This document shows positions 22,363 through 31,382 of a stretch of DNA of 64,000 nucleotides, in pieces (within the stretch, counting starts at the first letter, position 1; every line of letters begins with the position of its first letter). The notes beneath the pieces are model-generated. The model ran no database searches, had not been told where the DNA came from, and was given only the letters and a program-made list of their open reading frames with translations. The position numbers and the translations under genes are program-made. Source of the stretch: an uncultured Gammaproteobacteria bacterium (GTDB lineage Bacteria > Patescibacteriota > Patescibacteriia > UBA1558 > GWA2-36-10); contig CAZWYP010000001.1 of the NCBI GenBank assembly GCA_964638415.1, forward strand, positions 53,706 to 117,705, in the 5' to 3' direction.

Positions 22363-22393
22363 AAAGCCCGCCAAAATAATTTTAGCGGGCTTT
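22363..22393 (+). terminator. possible terminator after recA
   Basis: AAAGCCCGC ... GCGGGCTTT inverted repeat with a fairly long loop, followed by an AT-rich stretch. The T-run is weak. Confidence 0.35.
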
Positions 22394-22426
22394 ATTAATG
22401 GGTATTTTTTCAGTATACTGTAGTAT

Positions 22427-23854
22427 ATGACAATTGCCAGAAAGATTTTTAGTAATACAGTTTGGCAAACAGCCATTCGCTTGGTTAATTTGTTTATTGG
22501 CATTATTAGTCTGGCTTTGATTACCCGCTTATTGGGGCCGACTAATTTTGGCTTCTATACTACCATTTTTGCTTTTGCCCAAATGGCAATGATTCTAGCT
22601 GACTTAGGTCTTTACCTTACTTTACTGCGGGAAGTGTCCACCACCGATGATCCGGCTAAAGAAAGCTATTTTACCAATAATATTTTTACTATTAGGATAC
22701 TAACAGCTTTGCTGTTTGTTATTTTAGCTCCTCTAACTATTCAGCTTTTTCCCTATGCTCCAGAGGTAAAAACCGGATTGATATTTTTTATTGCCTCTTT
22801 CTTTTTTCAGAGCCTAATTTCCACGCTCACGGCAGTCTTTGCCAAGAAACTGGATATGCCTAAAGTGGCGATTACAGATTTACTGAATAAACTGGTTTAT
22901 TTAGGACTGCTGGCCTACTGGTTTATTTACGGTGGAAACCTTAATTGGATTTTAATCGGTAATTCTTTTACTCAAGGGTTATCTTTTGTCTTGTTATATA
23001 TATTCTTACGCAAGCACGTTAACTTGCAATTGGCCTGGGACTTTAAATACTGGAAAAAAGTTTTTATTTTAACCTGGCCCCTGGCTGTTACCGTGGTTTT
23101 AAACTTGTTGTATTTTAAAGCCGATACCTTAATTTTATCTATTTACCATTTGCCAGAGACTGTTGGTTTATATGGCGCACCTTATCGGGTATTGGAAGCT
23201 TTGGCTGCTTTTCCCCATATGTTCATGGGCTTAATTCTGCCTTTATTTACTGCTGCTTGGGTTCAACGCCACCATGAAAAACTGCAGTCAATTTGGCAAA
23301 GCTCTTTTAATTTTTTTGCTGTCATTATCTGCGGAATTATTGCTTTTACCTGGCTAACCAGCCGTCCATTGATGATTTTACTGGCTGGCGAAGAATTTGC
23401 CGCTTCCGCTCCGATTTTAAATATTCTCATTGTGGCCACGGCTATTATTTTTTTCGGGGTGCTGTTTACTTATTTAGTAGTAGCGATTGGCGCCCAGAAG
23501 CAAATGGTTAAATATTTTCTAATTACCGCTGCAATTGGCCTAATTGGCTACTTTATGTTTATTCCCCAGTATTCTTACTGGGCGGCTGCGGGGATTACTG
23601 TTTTAGTGGAAGCCTTAATTGTCATTTTTGCTTATTTAGTAATTCGCCAGCATTATGCGTTGCCCATAAAATTTGGTGTTTTGTTTAGCTGTCTGCTGTC
23701 GGCCGCTTTTGCCCTATTATTATCCTGGCCATTATTATCTGTTAATATATTTTTAGCTATTTTAGTTTTAGCTATAGTTTATTTAACGGGTCTGTATTTA
23801 TCTAAAGCCATTACCAAAGAGCAAATTAAGCAATTATTTAGTAAGCAAAATTAA
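22427..23854 (+). CDS. MOP-superfamily polysaccharide/oligosaccharide flippase (Wzx-like)
   Basis: 475 aa with about 12-14 TM helices. The N-terminus is typical of Polysacc_synt family proteins (WQTAIRLVNLFIGIISLALITRLLGPTNFG). Confidence 0.7.
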   Translation: MTIARKIFSNTVWQTAIRLVNLFIGIISLALITRLLGPTNFGFYTTIFAFAQMAMILADLGLYLTLLREVSTTDDPAKESYFTNNIFTIRILTALLFVILAPLTIQLFPYAPEVKTGLIFFIASFFFQSLISTLTAVFAKKLDMPKVAITDLLNKLVYLGLLAYWFIYGGNLNWILIGNSFTQGLSFVLLYIFLRKHVNLQLAWDFKYWKKVFILTWPLAVTVVLNLLYFKADTLILSIYHLPETVGLYGAPYRVLEALAAFPHMFMGLILPLFTAAWVQRHHEKLQSIWQSSFNFFAVIICGIIAFTWLTSRPLMILLAGEEFAASAPILNILIVATAIIFFGVLFTYLVVAIGAQKQMVKYFLITAAIGLIGYFMFIPQYSYWAAAGITVLVEALIVIFAYLVIRQHYALPIKFGVLFSCLLSAAFALLLSWPLLSVNIFLAILVLAIVYLTGLYLSKAITKEQIKQLFSKQN

Positions 23855-25179
23855 TGTTAACGCTATTGGCTATTATTGTTGTAATAATTTTTGCCATTAT
23901 TTCCTGGCATAATTTGCTTAAGGGCGTTTGTTTAATTATTATCCTGCTGCCTAGCTACTTATGGCGGTTGGATTTTTTTGGTTTTCCATCTACGCTACTG
24001 GAATTATTAATTTTAACTTTGTTTGTTATCTGGTTGTCCAAGAATTATCGTCAGATTAACTGGAACTTAAATAAATCTTCTATTAATCCTTTAAATTCAG
24101 TCTGGCGGTATATTCTAATTAGCTGGCTGCTAGCATCTTTAATAGCTCTGGCTGTTAATCCGACGCTGGCTGCTTTGGGCTTGTGGCGCGCCTATTGGCT
24201 AGAGCCTCTCTTTTTCTTTTTGGTCTTTATCTACACTGTTAAAAACAAAGAGGATTATAAAAGCATTTTATTATCCATTAGCATTTTACTTGGCTGGTTA
24301 GGACTAATTACTTTTTACCAATATTTTACCGGCTGGAATTTACCTGCTGCTTATGATTATCCCAATGTCAGAAGGTTAACCGGAGTGTATTCTTATCCTA
24401 ATGCTTTGGCATTATTAGCCGCCCCTTTAAGTGTTTATTTGGGCATTAATTGGCTAGCCAGCAAAGCTAAAGCTAAAAATTGGTGGCAGGGCTTGGCAGC
24501 GTTATCCGGTCTTGCTCTTTGTTATTTTGCTGTAAGCGAAGGAGCCATGATTGCCATTATTTTGGCTTTGGCAGCATATTGGTTGTTTGGCAATCTTTAT
24601 TTGAAGAATAAAATTATTAAGTGGTTATTTGTTTTAGCTATGGCAATGATCATTGCTTTTTCCAACTTTAGTCAAAGCTTAGTTAAGCAAATTATTAGTC
24701 CCCGCTTCCAGCCGCCAGTTACCTCACTAGAGATCCGCAGTCTGCAGTGGCAGGAGACTTGGCAGCTGTTGCAGGATCATTGGCTGGTTGGCACAGGTTT
24801 GGCTGGCTACCGAGAAGCAATGGCCCAATACCACAAGCTCAATTGGTTGGAAATCTATCTTTATCCTCATAATATTTTTCTTAATTTTTGGACTGAACTG
24901 GGGTTATTTGGTTTACTAGTTTTTGTTTGGGCATTAGGCTATTTAATTTTAACTTTAATTAGACTGGTTAATAAAAAAAACCAGCTGGCCTGGCCGCTGA
25001 CTTTAGCTTGGTTTACTTGGTTTATGCATGGCTTAGTAGATGTGCCATATTTTAAGAATGATCTAAGCCCGCTATTTTTTATTTTACTGGCCTTGACGAT
25101 TTTAGCTGATACAGCGCTATCGACCACAACAGGGCAAGATAAACAATTCCCAAAACATGGAACAGGGCAGGACTGGTAA
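23854..25179 (+). CDS. O-antigen ligase/polymerase-like (Wzy_C domain) membrane protein
   Basis: Polytopic membrane protein with a Wzy_C-like loop motif (YPHNIFLNFWTELGLFGLL). Start overlaps the preceding gene's stop (ATGA). Confidence 0.65.
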   Translation: MLTLLAIIVVIIFAIISWHNLLKGVCLIIILLPSYLWRLDFFGFPSTLLELLILTLFVIWLSKNYRQINWNLNKSSINPLNSVWRYILISWLLASLIALAVNPTLAALGLWRAYWLEPLFFFLVFIYTVKNKEDYKSILLSISILLGWLGLITFYQYFTGWNLPAAYDYPNVRRLTGVYSYPNALALLAAPLSVYLGINWLASKAKAKNWWQGLAALSGLALCYFAVSEGAMIAIILALAAYWLFGNLYLKNKIIKWLFVLAMAMIIAFSNFSQSLVKQIISPRFQPPVTSLEIRSLQWQETWQLLQDHWLVGTGLAGYREAMAQYHKLNWLEIYLYPHNIFLNFWTELGLFGLLVFVWALGYLILTLIRLVNKKNQLAWPLTLAWFTWFMHGLVDVPYFKNDLSPLFFILLALTILADTALSTTTGQDKQFPKHGTGQDW

Positions 25180-26503
25180 GATTAATTACCAGTAAAGAAA
25201 TTAAGCCCGCCAATAGACCGAGCGCTAAAGCTTGGTTTTTGTTTAGGTTGGCAATTAATTCACGGATAATGGTGAATAATAATAGTATAAAGAATATTAA
25301 AGGAAATAAGCCCCACTCTGCCCACATTTCCAAGTAACCCCAGTCAAAGTGCCTGGTAGTTGTTAATTTACCTTGAGCATTGTAAAAGCTAAGGCTTTGC
25401 CCTAAACCTTGGCCAAGTAGGGGTTCCTGCTCAATCTTTTCCCAGATAGCCGGCAGTAATAATATCCGGTTATTACTGCTCTCTTCAATAGTAGGCACGG
25501 TAAAGCTAGTCAGGCGCAATCCCATGATTTCTCCGCCAAAACTTCTACCCCCGCTGGCTAGGAAATTTATGCCTGTAAAAAGCAGAAAGATAATTAGGAA
25601 AGCGGTTATGCAGGCCCTTAACCAATTCTTCCAGCTGTTTTTGTATTTTAAGAATAATAAGCCAGCAGCTAATCCCAAAAAATAACCGCGGGAGAAGTTT
25701 AAGGCCAGAATTAAGCTGGCGGCCACAACTGACCAGGTGATTAATTTATCTTTAACTTTAAGCCAATGTGAATTAAGCAGTAGAAGCAAGGGGACAATTA
25801 GTAAGTGCTCAGGAAAAACTATGCGATAGTAATATTGGGTTACTTGCGTGATCTTTCCTAAATTAATATCTCGCAGCCATTGGTAGTAATTATCATGGAC
25901 AAGATGGAAACCTGACACAAAGACAACATAATTAAACAAGCTCCAAATAGCGGAACCAATTAACAACGCCAGCAGGCCATTGAATAATAATTGCTGATTA
26001 GCTTTTTCTTTAATAAACTCTTTAGCGGGAAAGATTAATAAAAAGTAAGCAAAAGGTACGAAGTCTGCCAGCACATTAGACAGGATATTGTTATTGGCTA
26101 ACCCTAATAGTCCGGACGCTGTTAGCAGCACTAATAATGGCCAGAAAAAATATTCTGCTTGGCTAGGTAATTTAAAGGCAGAAAAATTTTTTTGCCAGGC
26201 AAGGTGGCCAAAGTAAAGAGCCAAAAAAACTATTAACAGCCAAGAGCGCAAAGAGATATCTGCCAAGGATAGGAATTGTCCCGCGCCGCCAATGAATATT
26301 TCAATTAAAAGAAAAAACCAGGCCCAGCGGGGATTTTGGTAATAGGTAAAGATTAAAGCCAGGACAATAATGATTACCAGGATATTTTCTAAAATGGGAT
26401 AGTCAACCAAAATAAAGGATAATAGGCGTAAAGCCAAAAATCCAACAAGCAAAAAAGTAAAAAAATTTTTATTGAATAAGTTTTTTAGGCTAGTCATAAA
26501 CAT
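25079..26503 (-). CDS. O-antigen ligase/polymerase-like polytopic membrane protein
   Basis: 474 aa with at least 10 TM helices and a periplasmic loop (RHFDWGYLEMWAEWGLFPLIFF) resembling Wzy_C. Its 3' end overlaps the convergent upstream gene by 101 nt. Confidence 0.55.
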   Translation of the reverse strand: MFMTSLKNLFNKNFFTFLLVGFLALRLLSFILVDYPILENILVIIIVLALIFTYYQNPRWAWFFLLIEIFIGGAGQFLSLADISLRSWLLIVFLALYFGHLAWQKNFSAFKLPSQAEYFFWPLLVLLTASGLLGLANNNILSNVLADFVPFAYFLLIFPAKEFIKEKANQQLLFNGLLALLIGSAIWSLFNYVVFVSGFHLVHDNYYQWLRDINLGKITQVTQYYYRIVFPEHLLIVPLLLLLNSHWLKVKDKLITWSVVAASLILALNFSRGYFLGLAAGLLFLKYKNSWKNWLRACITAFLIIFLLFTGINFLASGGRSFGGEIMGLRLTSFTVPTIEESSNNRILLLPAIWEKIEQEPLLGQGLGQSLSFYNAQGKLTTTRHFDWGYLEMWAEWGLFPLIFFILLLFTIIRELIANLNKNQALALGLLAGLISLLVINLTSPALFHVLGIVYLALLWSIALYQLKSSRPVK

Positions 26504-26546
26504 TTACATTTTACCATTTTTTGCTATACTAGGTAAGTTTTTAGAG

Positions 26547-26636
26547 GGAGGCGTGCCAGAGTGGTTGAATGGGCCGCACTCGAAATGCGGTAAGCCTTTA
26601 CGGGCTTCGAGGGTTCAAATCCTTCCGCCTCCGCCA
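26547..26636 (+). tRNA. tRNA-Ser (anticodon CGA)
   Basis: Manual fold: acceptor GGAGGCG/CGCCTCC, anticodon stem CCGCA/TGCGG with loop CTCGAAA, long variable arm, T-loop TTCAAAT, encoded CCA. Possible promoter TTTACA-N16-TATACT at 26503..26530. Confidence 0.85.
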
Positions 26637-26658
26637 GAAATACGGTATATTGAATGTA

Positions 26659-26910
26659 ATGATGAATAATAAAATATTATCTGGAGCGGTGCATAAATTA
26701 CCAGGGGATTTACGCCAAGTTATTTCTGAAGATAAAATTGTCAGAGAAGTTTGGCAGGAAATTAGTCCTTTAGCACGCAATGAGTGGATCTGCTGGGTTA
26801 TTTCTGCTAAAAAAGAAGAAACCAGAAGGATTAGAATTGAGAAACTGCAGTCCAAGATTAGAAGCGGAATGCGCCGACCTTGTTGTTGGGCTGGTTGTCC
26901 TCACCGTTAA
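26659..26910 (+). CDS. YdeI/OmpD-associated family (DUF1801-like) small protein
   Basis: 83 aa starting MMNNKILSG... The C-terminal region WICWVISAKKEETRRIRIEKL...RRPCCWAGCPHR resembles YdeI-family proteins. The longer track ORF start (26569) lies inside tRNA-Ser and was rejected. Confidence 0.55.
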   Translation: MMNNKILSGAVHKLPGDLRQVISEDKIVREVWQEISPLARNEWICWVISAKKEETRRIRIEKLQSKIRSGMRRPCCWAGCPHR

Positions 26911-26918
26911 AATATTTT

Positions 26919-27503
26919 ATGCTGAATAATAATGGTAAAACAAGGCCAGGACTGCCTGCTAAGGCACGCCTAGCATTTACTGGAGAACTCTTTGAAGTCT
27001 GGCAATGGGATCAGGAAATGTTTGACGGCAGTCAAAAGGTTTTTGAAAAAGTCTGGCGGCGCTCGACAGTAGAAATTATTGCTACGGTTGGCCAGCAGAT
27101 AATAATTGAAGAGCAGGAGCAACCGGAACGGGGAAAGTTCATCAGCCTGCCCAGTGGTATGGTAGATGATGAAGAGAATATTCTGGAGGAAGCCAAAAGG
27201 GAGTTGTTGGAGGAGACGGGCTATGTTTCTCAGGACTGGAAACTCTGGTTTAAGCAGCAAGCAAAAGGAAAGATAATTTGGGATGTTAATTATTTTATTG
27301 CCAAAGATTGTAATAAGGTTCAGGAGGCATCTTTAGATTCGGGAGAGAAAATCATAGTTAAATTAATTAGTTTTGAAGAGTTTATTAATTTAACTGAAGA
27401 GCCTAAATTTAGAGTTTCTCCCGAGTTTGTTAATTTTTTATTAAGGCTGCAAACAGATAAAAACAAAAAAGAGGAATTTAGAAAAACGATTTTTAACAAG
27501 TAA
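26919..27503 (+). CDS. NUDIX hydrolase
   Basis: Nudix box GMVDDEENILEEAKRELLEETGY. Start moved to the internal ATG at 26919 to avoid overlapping the preceding gene. Confidence 0.8.
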   Translation: MLNNNGKTRPGLPAKARLAFTGELFEVWQWDQEMFDGSQKVFEKVWRRSTVEIIATVGQQIIIEEQEQPERGKFISLPSGMVDDEENILEEAKRELLEETGYVSQDWKLWFKQQAKGKIIWDVNYFIAKDCNKVQEASLDSGEKIIVKLISFEEFINLTEEPKFRVSPEFVNFLLRLQTDKNKKEEFRKTIFNK

Positions 27504-27513
27504 TCAAAAATAT

Positions 27514-27750
27514 ATGTCAGAAGAAAAAGAATCAATAATTAAAAAATGCTGTTCTGAAAACAAGTGTCGTTGCGGCAAGGGTAATAAGGGAGGCGTGCCT
27601 AGCTGCGTTTATGGTTTGGGATTTGTCGGAGCTCTAGTGTATTATATTCAGCAGGCGGATAATTTTCAGGCGGGCTTAATTGGCTTCTTTAAAGCTTTAA
27701 CCTGGCCAGCTTGGCTTATCTATGAGCTATTGAAATTTTTAAGCATGTAA
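27514..27750 (+). CDS. small Cys-rich membrane protein, unknown function
   Basis: 78 aa with an N-terminal CCxxxKCRCGKG cluster followed by two hydrophobic segments. Tightly packed between the NUDIX and dedA genes. Confidence 0.45.
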   Translation: MSEEKESIIKKCCSENKCRCGKGNKGGVPSCVYGLGFVGALVYYIQQADNFQAGLIGFFKALTWPAWLIYELLKFLSM

Positions 27751-27761
27751 ATTAGCAGCCA

Positions 27762-28373
27762 ATGTTTAGTTTTTTAGTGGAGTTATTTACCAGGATTATT
27801 TCCGAAGTAGGCTATTGGGGGATTATGATCTTAATGGCGCTGGAGAGCATGGTAGCGCCAGTGCCTTCAGAAGCAGTGATGCCTTTTGCTGGATTTTTAT
27901 GGTATCAGGATCAAATGTCCTGGTGGCCGATTATTTTCTACAGCACTTTGGGTAGTATTATTGGCTCCCTGCTTTCTTATTATATCGGATATTATTTAGG
28001 TCGCCCGTTTATTGTTAAATTCGGTAAGTATTTCTTGCTTAATGAACATCATTTAGTTTGGACAGAGAAGTTTTTTGAGAAATACGGTAGCAAGACTATT
28101 TTTGTTAGCCGCTTTATCCCTGTCGTTCGGCATTTAATCTCTATTCCGGCTGGAACTTCCAGAATGAATATTTGGAAATTTTCTGTTTATACTATTATTG
28201 GTGCAGGATTGTGGAATGCAATTTTAACTTATGCCGGATATTATTTAGGTAGTAATTGGACAAAGATCGGGCATTATACTGAATTTCTGGATTGGCTGGT
28301 TATTGCTTTTATTATCCTTGGTATTATTTATTTTATAGTTAAGAACACAAAGAAGAATAATTTGTCCTCGTAG
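27762..28373 (+). CDS. DedA/SNARE-associated family membrane protein
   Basis: DedA core (FVSRFIPVVRHLISIPAGTSRMNIWKFSVYTIIGAGLWN). 203 aa. Confidence 0.85.
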   Translation: MFSFLVELFTRIISEVGYWGIMILMALESMVAPVPSEAVMPFAGFLWYQDQMSWWPIIFYSTLGSIIGSLLSYYIGYYLGRPFIVKFGKYFLLNEHHLVWTEKFFEKYGSKTIFVSRFIPVVRHLISIPAGTSRMNIWKFSVYTIIGAGLWNAILTYAGYYLGSNWTKIGHYTEFLDWLVIAFIILGIIYFIVKNTKKNNLSS

Positions 28374-28439
28374 CTCAGTGGATAGAGCGTTTGGTTCCGG
28401 TCCAAAAGGCCGCGGGTTCGACTCCTGCCGGGGACGCCA
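28364..28439 (+). tRNA. tRNA-Arg (anticodon CCG)
   Basis: Manual fold: acceptor GTCCTCG/CGGGGAC, D-arm GCTCAGTGGATAGAGC, anticodon loop TTCCGGT, T-arm GGGTTCGACTCC, CCA encoded. Overlaps the dedA stop codon by 10 nt. Confidence 0.85.
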
Positions 28440-28521
28440 GTTATATTATGGAAAAAGCCAAGAGAGTTTTAAAAATTTGCAGCCGCGGGCATAAATTTTA
28501 CCAGAGCAAAAATAGACCGAC

Positions 28522-29556
28522 TTGCCCTCAATGCTGGCCAGGGAGGTACAAAAAAACATGAAAAAAATATTTTTTATTATCATAACAATTAGCATTATTG
28601 GAATAGCCTATTGGCTAGTTTTTGTTATTCAGCCATCACCAACTTTGGAAAAACCAGAAGAAATTGCCATAGGAGAAATAGAAAAACTAGAATCACCTAA
28701 TTTACCAGAACTGTTTTATAAAGAATTCAACGGTCATAATCTACAATTAGGAGAGGTTTTAGCCGATAATGATATATATACCCGCTATTATATTACCTAC
28801 CAAAGCGACGATCTGAAAATTTCTGGCATTATGAATGTTCCAATCGGCACTGGGCCTTTTCCAGTTTTGATTTTAAATCACGGATATATTGACCCAGAAA
28901 TTTATACCAATGGCCGCGGCTTAAAGCGGGAGCAGGACTATCTCGCCAGGCAGGGTTATGTAGTAATCCATCCAGACTATCGTAATCATGCCCAGTCAGA
29001 TAAAGTAGAAAACGTAGAGGAAAATTTTCGTTTAGGGTACACGGAGGATGTTATCAACCTTATTTTAGCAGTTAAGAATAGTGGTTTTAATTTTTTAGAC
29101 AAAGATAAAATTGGCATGCTTGGTCATTCTATGGGCGGCGGTATAACTGAAAATGTGCTAGTTATTAAGCCAAGTCTAGTTAAAGCAGCAGTTTTATTTG
29201 CCCCAGTTAGTGCTGATGTTAGGGACAATTTTAATAAATGGACCAGATCTCGCGTTGAAGTGGCTGCTAAAATTTTAAATGATCACGGTAGCTTTGATGA
29301 CAATCCAGATTTTTGGGACAATCTTTCGCCTATTAATTTTATTGATCGGATAATTACTCCCATAGCCATACACCATGGGACAATTGATGAGAGTGTTCCT
29401 GTTGCCTGGTCGGAGAAATTTCACCAAGCGCTCAAAGAAAATAATAAAGAATCGTTTTTGTATTTTTATGAAAACGAACCACATGAGTTTATTGACGCTT
29501 GGCCGGAGGTAATGTCTAAAACTGCAGATTTTTTTGATCAGTATTTAAAAAAATAA
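28522..29556 (+). CDS. secreted/membrane-anchored alpha/beta hydrolase (S9 prolyl oligopeptidase/dienelactone hydrolase-like)
   Basis: N-terminal TM/signal segment. Nucleophile elbow GHSMGGG, downstream Asp/His candidates (HHGTIDESV, EPHEF). Confidence 0.7.
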   Translation: MPSMLAREVQKNMKKIFFIIITISIIGIAYWLVFVIQPSPTLEKPEEIAIGEIEKLESPNLPELFYKEFNGHNLQLGEVLADNDIYTRYYITYQSDDLKISGIMNVPIGTGPFPVLILNHGYIDPEIYTNGRGLKREQDYLARQGYVVIHPDYRNHAQSDKVENVEENFRLGYTEDVINLILAVKNSGFNFLDKDKIGMLGHSMGGGITENVLVIKPSLVKAAVLFAPVSADVRDNFNKWTRSRVEVAAKILNDHGSFDDNPDFWDNLSPINFIDRIITPIAIHHGTIDESVPVAWSEKFHQALKENNKESFLYFYENEPHEFIDAWPEVMSKTADFFDQYLKK

Positions 29557-29569
29557 CTTTAAATCCCGC

Positions 29570-29598
29570 TTGATTATTTCTTTGTTTTAGATTATAAT
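29570..29598 (+). promoter_or_regulatory. sigma70-like promoter of the tRNA Ala-Leu-Pro operon
   Basis: TTGATT (29570..29575), a 17-nt spacer, then TATAAT (29593..29598), placed 16 nt upstream of tRNA-Ala. Embedded in the 9-bp inverted repeat CTTGATTAT / ATAATCAAG. Confidence 0.7.
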
Positions 29599-29614
29599 CA
29601 AGCATCGTTAATCA

Positions 29615-29691
29615 GGGCTTGTAGCTCAGTTGGCTAGAGCGCCACATTCGCATTGTGGAGGTCAGGGGTTCGACTCCCCTCAAGTCCACCA
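29615..29691 (+). tRNA. tRNA-Ala (anticodon CGC)
   Basis: Acceptor GGGCTTG with a G3:U70 identity pair, anticodon loop TTCGCAT, T-arm GGGGTTCGACTCCCC, CCA encoded. Confidence 0.88.
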
Positions 29692-29699
29692 GGCATTTT

Positions 29700-29786
29700 G
29701 CCGAAGTGGTGGAATTGGCAGACACGCACGGTTCAGGGCCGTGTGAGCGTAAGCTCGTGGAGGTTCAAATCCTCTCTTCGGTACCA
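29700..29786 (+). tRNA. tRNA-Leu (anticodon CAG)
   Basis: Type II tRNA. Anticodon stem CACGG/CCGTG with loop TTCAGGG, long variable arm, T-loop TTCAAAT, CCA encoded. Confidence 0.85.
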
Positions 29787-29787
29787 G

Positions 29788-29864
29788 CGGGGTGTGGCGC
29801 AGTTGGCTAGCGCGCAGCGTTCGGGACGCTGAGGTCGCCCGTTCAAGTCGGGTCACCCCGACCA
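29788..29864 (+). tRNA. tRNA-Pro (anticodon CGG)
   Basis: C1:G72 acceptor (CGGGGTG/CACCCCG) typical of bacterial tRNA-Pro. Anticodon loop TTCGGGA, T-arm GCCCGTTCAAGTCGGGT, CCA encoded. Confidence 0.85.
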
Positions 29865-29873
29865 GATAAAAAT

Positions 29874-29896
29874 CACCTAAAAGCAGGTGTTTTTTA
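29874..29896 (+). terminator. rho-independent terminator after the tRNA operon
   Basis: CACCT-aaaagc-AGGTG hairpin followed by TTTTTTATTTT. Confidence 0.7.
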
Positions 29897-29955
29897 TTTT
29901 ATCCCACTGTCTGCTATAATATAGGCAATATTAGTTAATTGTTAAAATATAATTC

Positions 29956-30693
29956 ATGAAGAGTATTAAAAAATTTCAGCCTCGGATTAAGAACTTATTA
30001 GATAATATCAAAGAACCGATTTCCGCTTGGAAGATTTTCCGGATCATGGGGGAGTTTGTTAATGGTTTTGAATTCTTAAAAAGATATGATGCGGCGGTAA
30101 CTTTTTTCGGCTCGGCTCGCTTTCATTCCGATAGCCGGGATTATTACCAAGCCAGGCAGCTCGCCAAAGAATTGTCCGAATTAGGTTTTGCTATTATTAC
30201 TGGTGGGCCGGGAATTATGAAAGCAGCTAATCATGGTGCTATTGAAGCTAACGGGGTGTCGGTAGGCTTGAATATTCAGTTGCCTAAAGAGCAGCGGGTA
30301 AATCCTTATGTGCAGGAATCTCAGTCTTTTAATTATTTCTTTGTCCGCAAACTGATGTTGTCTTATGCTTCGGAGGTTTATATTTTTTTCCCCGGCGGTT
30401 TTGGCACTTTAGATGAATTGTTTGAATTACTAACCTTGATCCAAACCAAGAAGATTTGCCATGTGCCGGTTATTCTGGTTGATAAGAAATTCTGGCAGCC
30501 TTTGCTTGATTGGTTTAATACCACATTATACCAGACGAACCAGACCATTGACGCCAATGATTTAAAAATATTTCATTTAGTTGATGATGCACCGGAAGCT
30601 TTGGAATATATCAAGCAGTTGATTAAAAACAATAAGATTAATACTCAAGAATGCCCAATTGAGTATGGTGAAAATGAAAATATCCAAAAATAA
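29956..30693 (+). CDS. LOG family protein (TIGR00730; cytokinin riboside 5'-monophosphate phosphoribohydrolase-like)
   Basis: Motifs AVTFFGSARF, ITGGPGIMKAANHGA and PGGFGTLDELFE. Confidence 0.85.
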   Translation: MKSIKKFQPRIKNLLDNIKEPISAWKIFRIMGEFVNGFEFLKRYDAAVTFFGSARFHSDSRDYYQARQLAKELSELGFAIITGGPGIMKAANHGAIEANGVSVGLNIQLPKEQRVNPYVQESQSFNYFFVRKLMLSYASEVYIFFPGGFGTLDELFELLTLIQTKKICHVPVILVDKKFWQPLLDWFNTTLYQTNQTIDANDLKIFHLVDDAPEALEYIKQLIKNNKINTQECPIEYGENENIQK

Positions 30694-30714
30694 TTAATTA
30701 TTAATAAATTTAAT

Positions 30715-31131
30715 ATGGATTATACCAGTGTAAACTTTATCGCCATCCTAGTCTGTGGAATTATGGCCATGATAGTCGGCGGCCTTTGGTATTCGCCTAT
30801 TTTATTCGGTAAGCAGTGGATTGCTATGTCTGGAGTTAGCCAAGCTAAGCTAGAAGAGGGGAAAAATAAAATGTTTGTCTCTTATGTAATAAACTTTGTG
30901 GCCTCTCTTATTATGTTTTATGTGCTGGCTCATTTTGTTCAGTTAGCCAAAGCTGTCTCTTGGACAGAAGGAGTGACTACTGGTTTTTGGCTATGGCTCG
31001 GTTTAGTTGCTCCCACTAGCCTTGGTTCTGTATTATGGGAACAAAAGCCCTGGTTGCTGTGGGTGCTTAATAACTCCTATTATCTGCTGATGCTTATGGC
31101 GGCGGGAGCAATTTTAGCTGTTTGGTTTTAA
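30715..31131 (+). CDS. DUF1761 family membrane protein
   Basis: 138 aa with four hydrophobic helices. The N-terminal pattern GGLWYSPILFGKQW is typical of DUF1761. Confidence 0.6.
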   Translation: MDYTSVNFIAILVCGIMAMIVGGLWYSPILFGKQWIAMSGVSQAKLEEGKNKMFVSYVINFVASLIMFYVLAHFVQLAKAVSWTEGVTTGFWLWLGLVAPTSLGSVLWEQKPWLLWVLNNSYYLLMLMAAGAILAVWF

Positions 31132-31134
31132 TTT

Positions 31135-31362
31135 ATGATTGACAAAGGAATTTATCGGCACTTTAAGGGCGATGAAGTAGAAGTAATCGGTCAGGCTAGT
31201 CACAGTGAGACTTTTGAGGATTTTGTGGTCTATCGCCATTTAGCTGGCCGTCACGCTGAAGCCGGCCGTTTTTGGGTGCGTCCCCTGTCAATGTTTACTG
31301 AAGAAGTAGACAGAGACGGCAAGAAACAACCCAGATTCCAGCTTATAAAAAAAATCCCTTAA
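31135..31362 (+). CDS. DUF1653 domain protein
   Basis: 75 aa. YRHFKGDEVEVIG...VVYRHL...RFWVRPLSMF matches the DUF1653 consensus. Confidence 0.6.
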   Translation: MIDKGIYRHFKGDEVEVIGQASHSETFEDFVVYRHLAGRHAEAGRFWVRPLSMFTEEVDRDGKKQPRFQLIKKIP

Positions 31363-31376
31363 AAAGGGATTTTTTC
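31350..31376. terminator. bidirectional rho-independent terminator
   Basis: AAAAAAAATCCCTT-aaaa-AGGGATTTTTT. The hairpin is flanked by A-run and T-run between convergent genes. Confidence 0.75.
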
Positions 31377-31382
31377 TTAATA

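Noticed and set aside
26472-26669. 65-aa ORF and the N-terminal part of ORF 26569..26910 overlapping tRNA-Ser
   Set aside because: The sequence folds convincingly as tRNA-Ser(CGA). The downstream protein has a clean start at the ATG pair 26659 with a YdeI-like sequence, so the upstream extension is an artefact.
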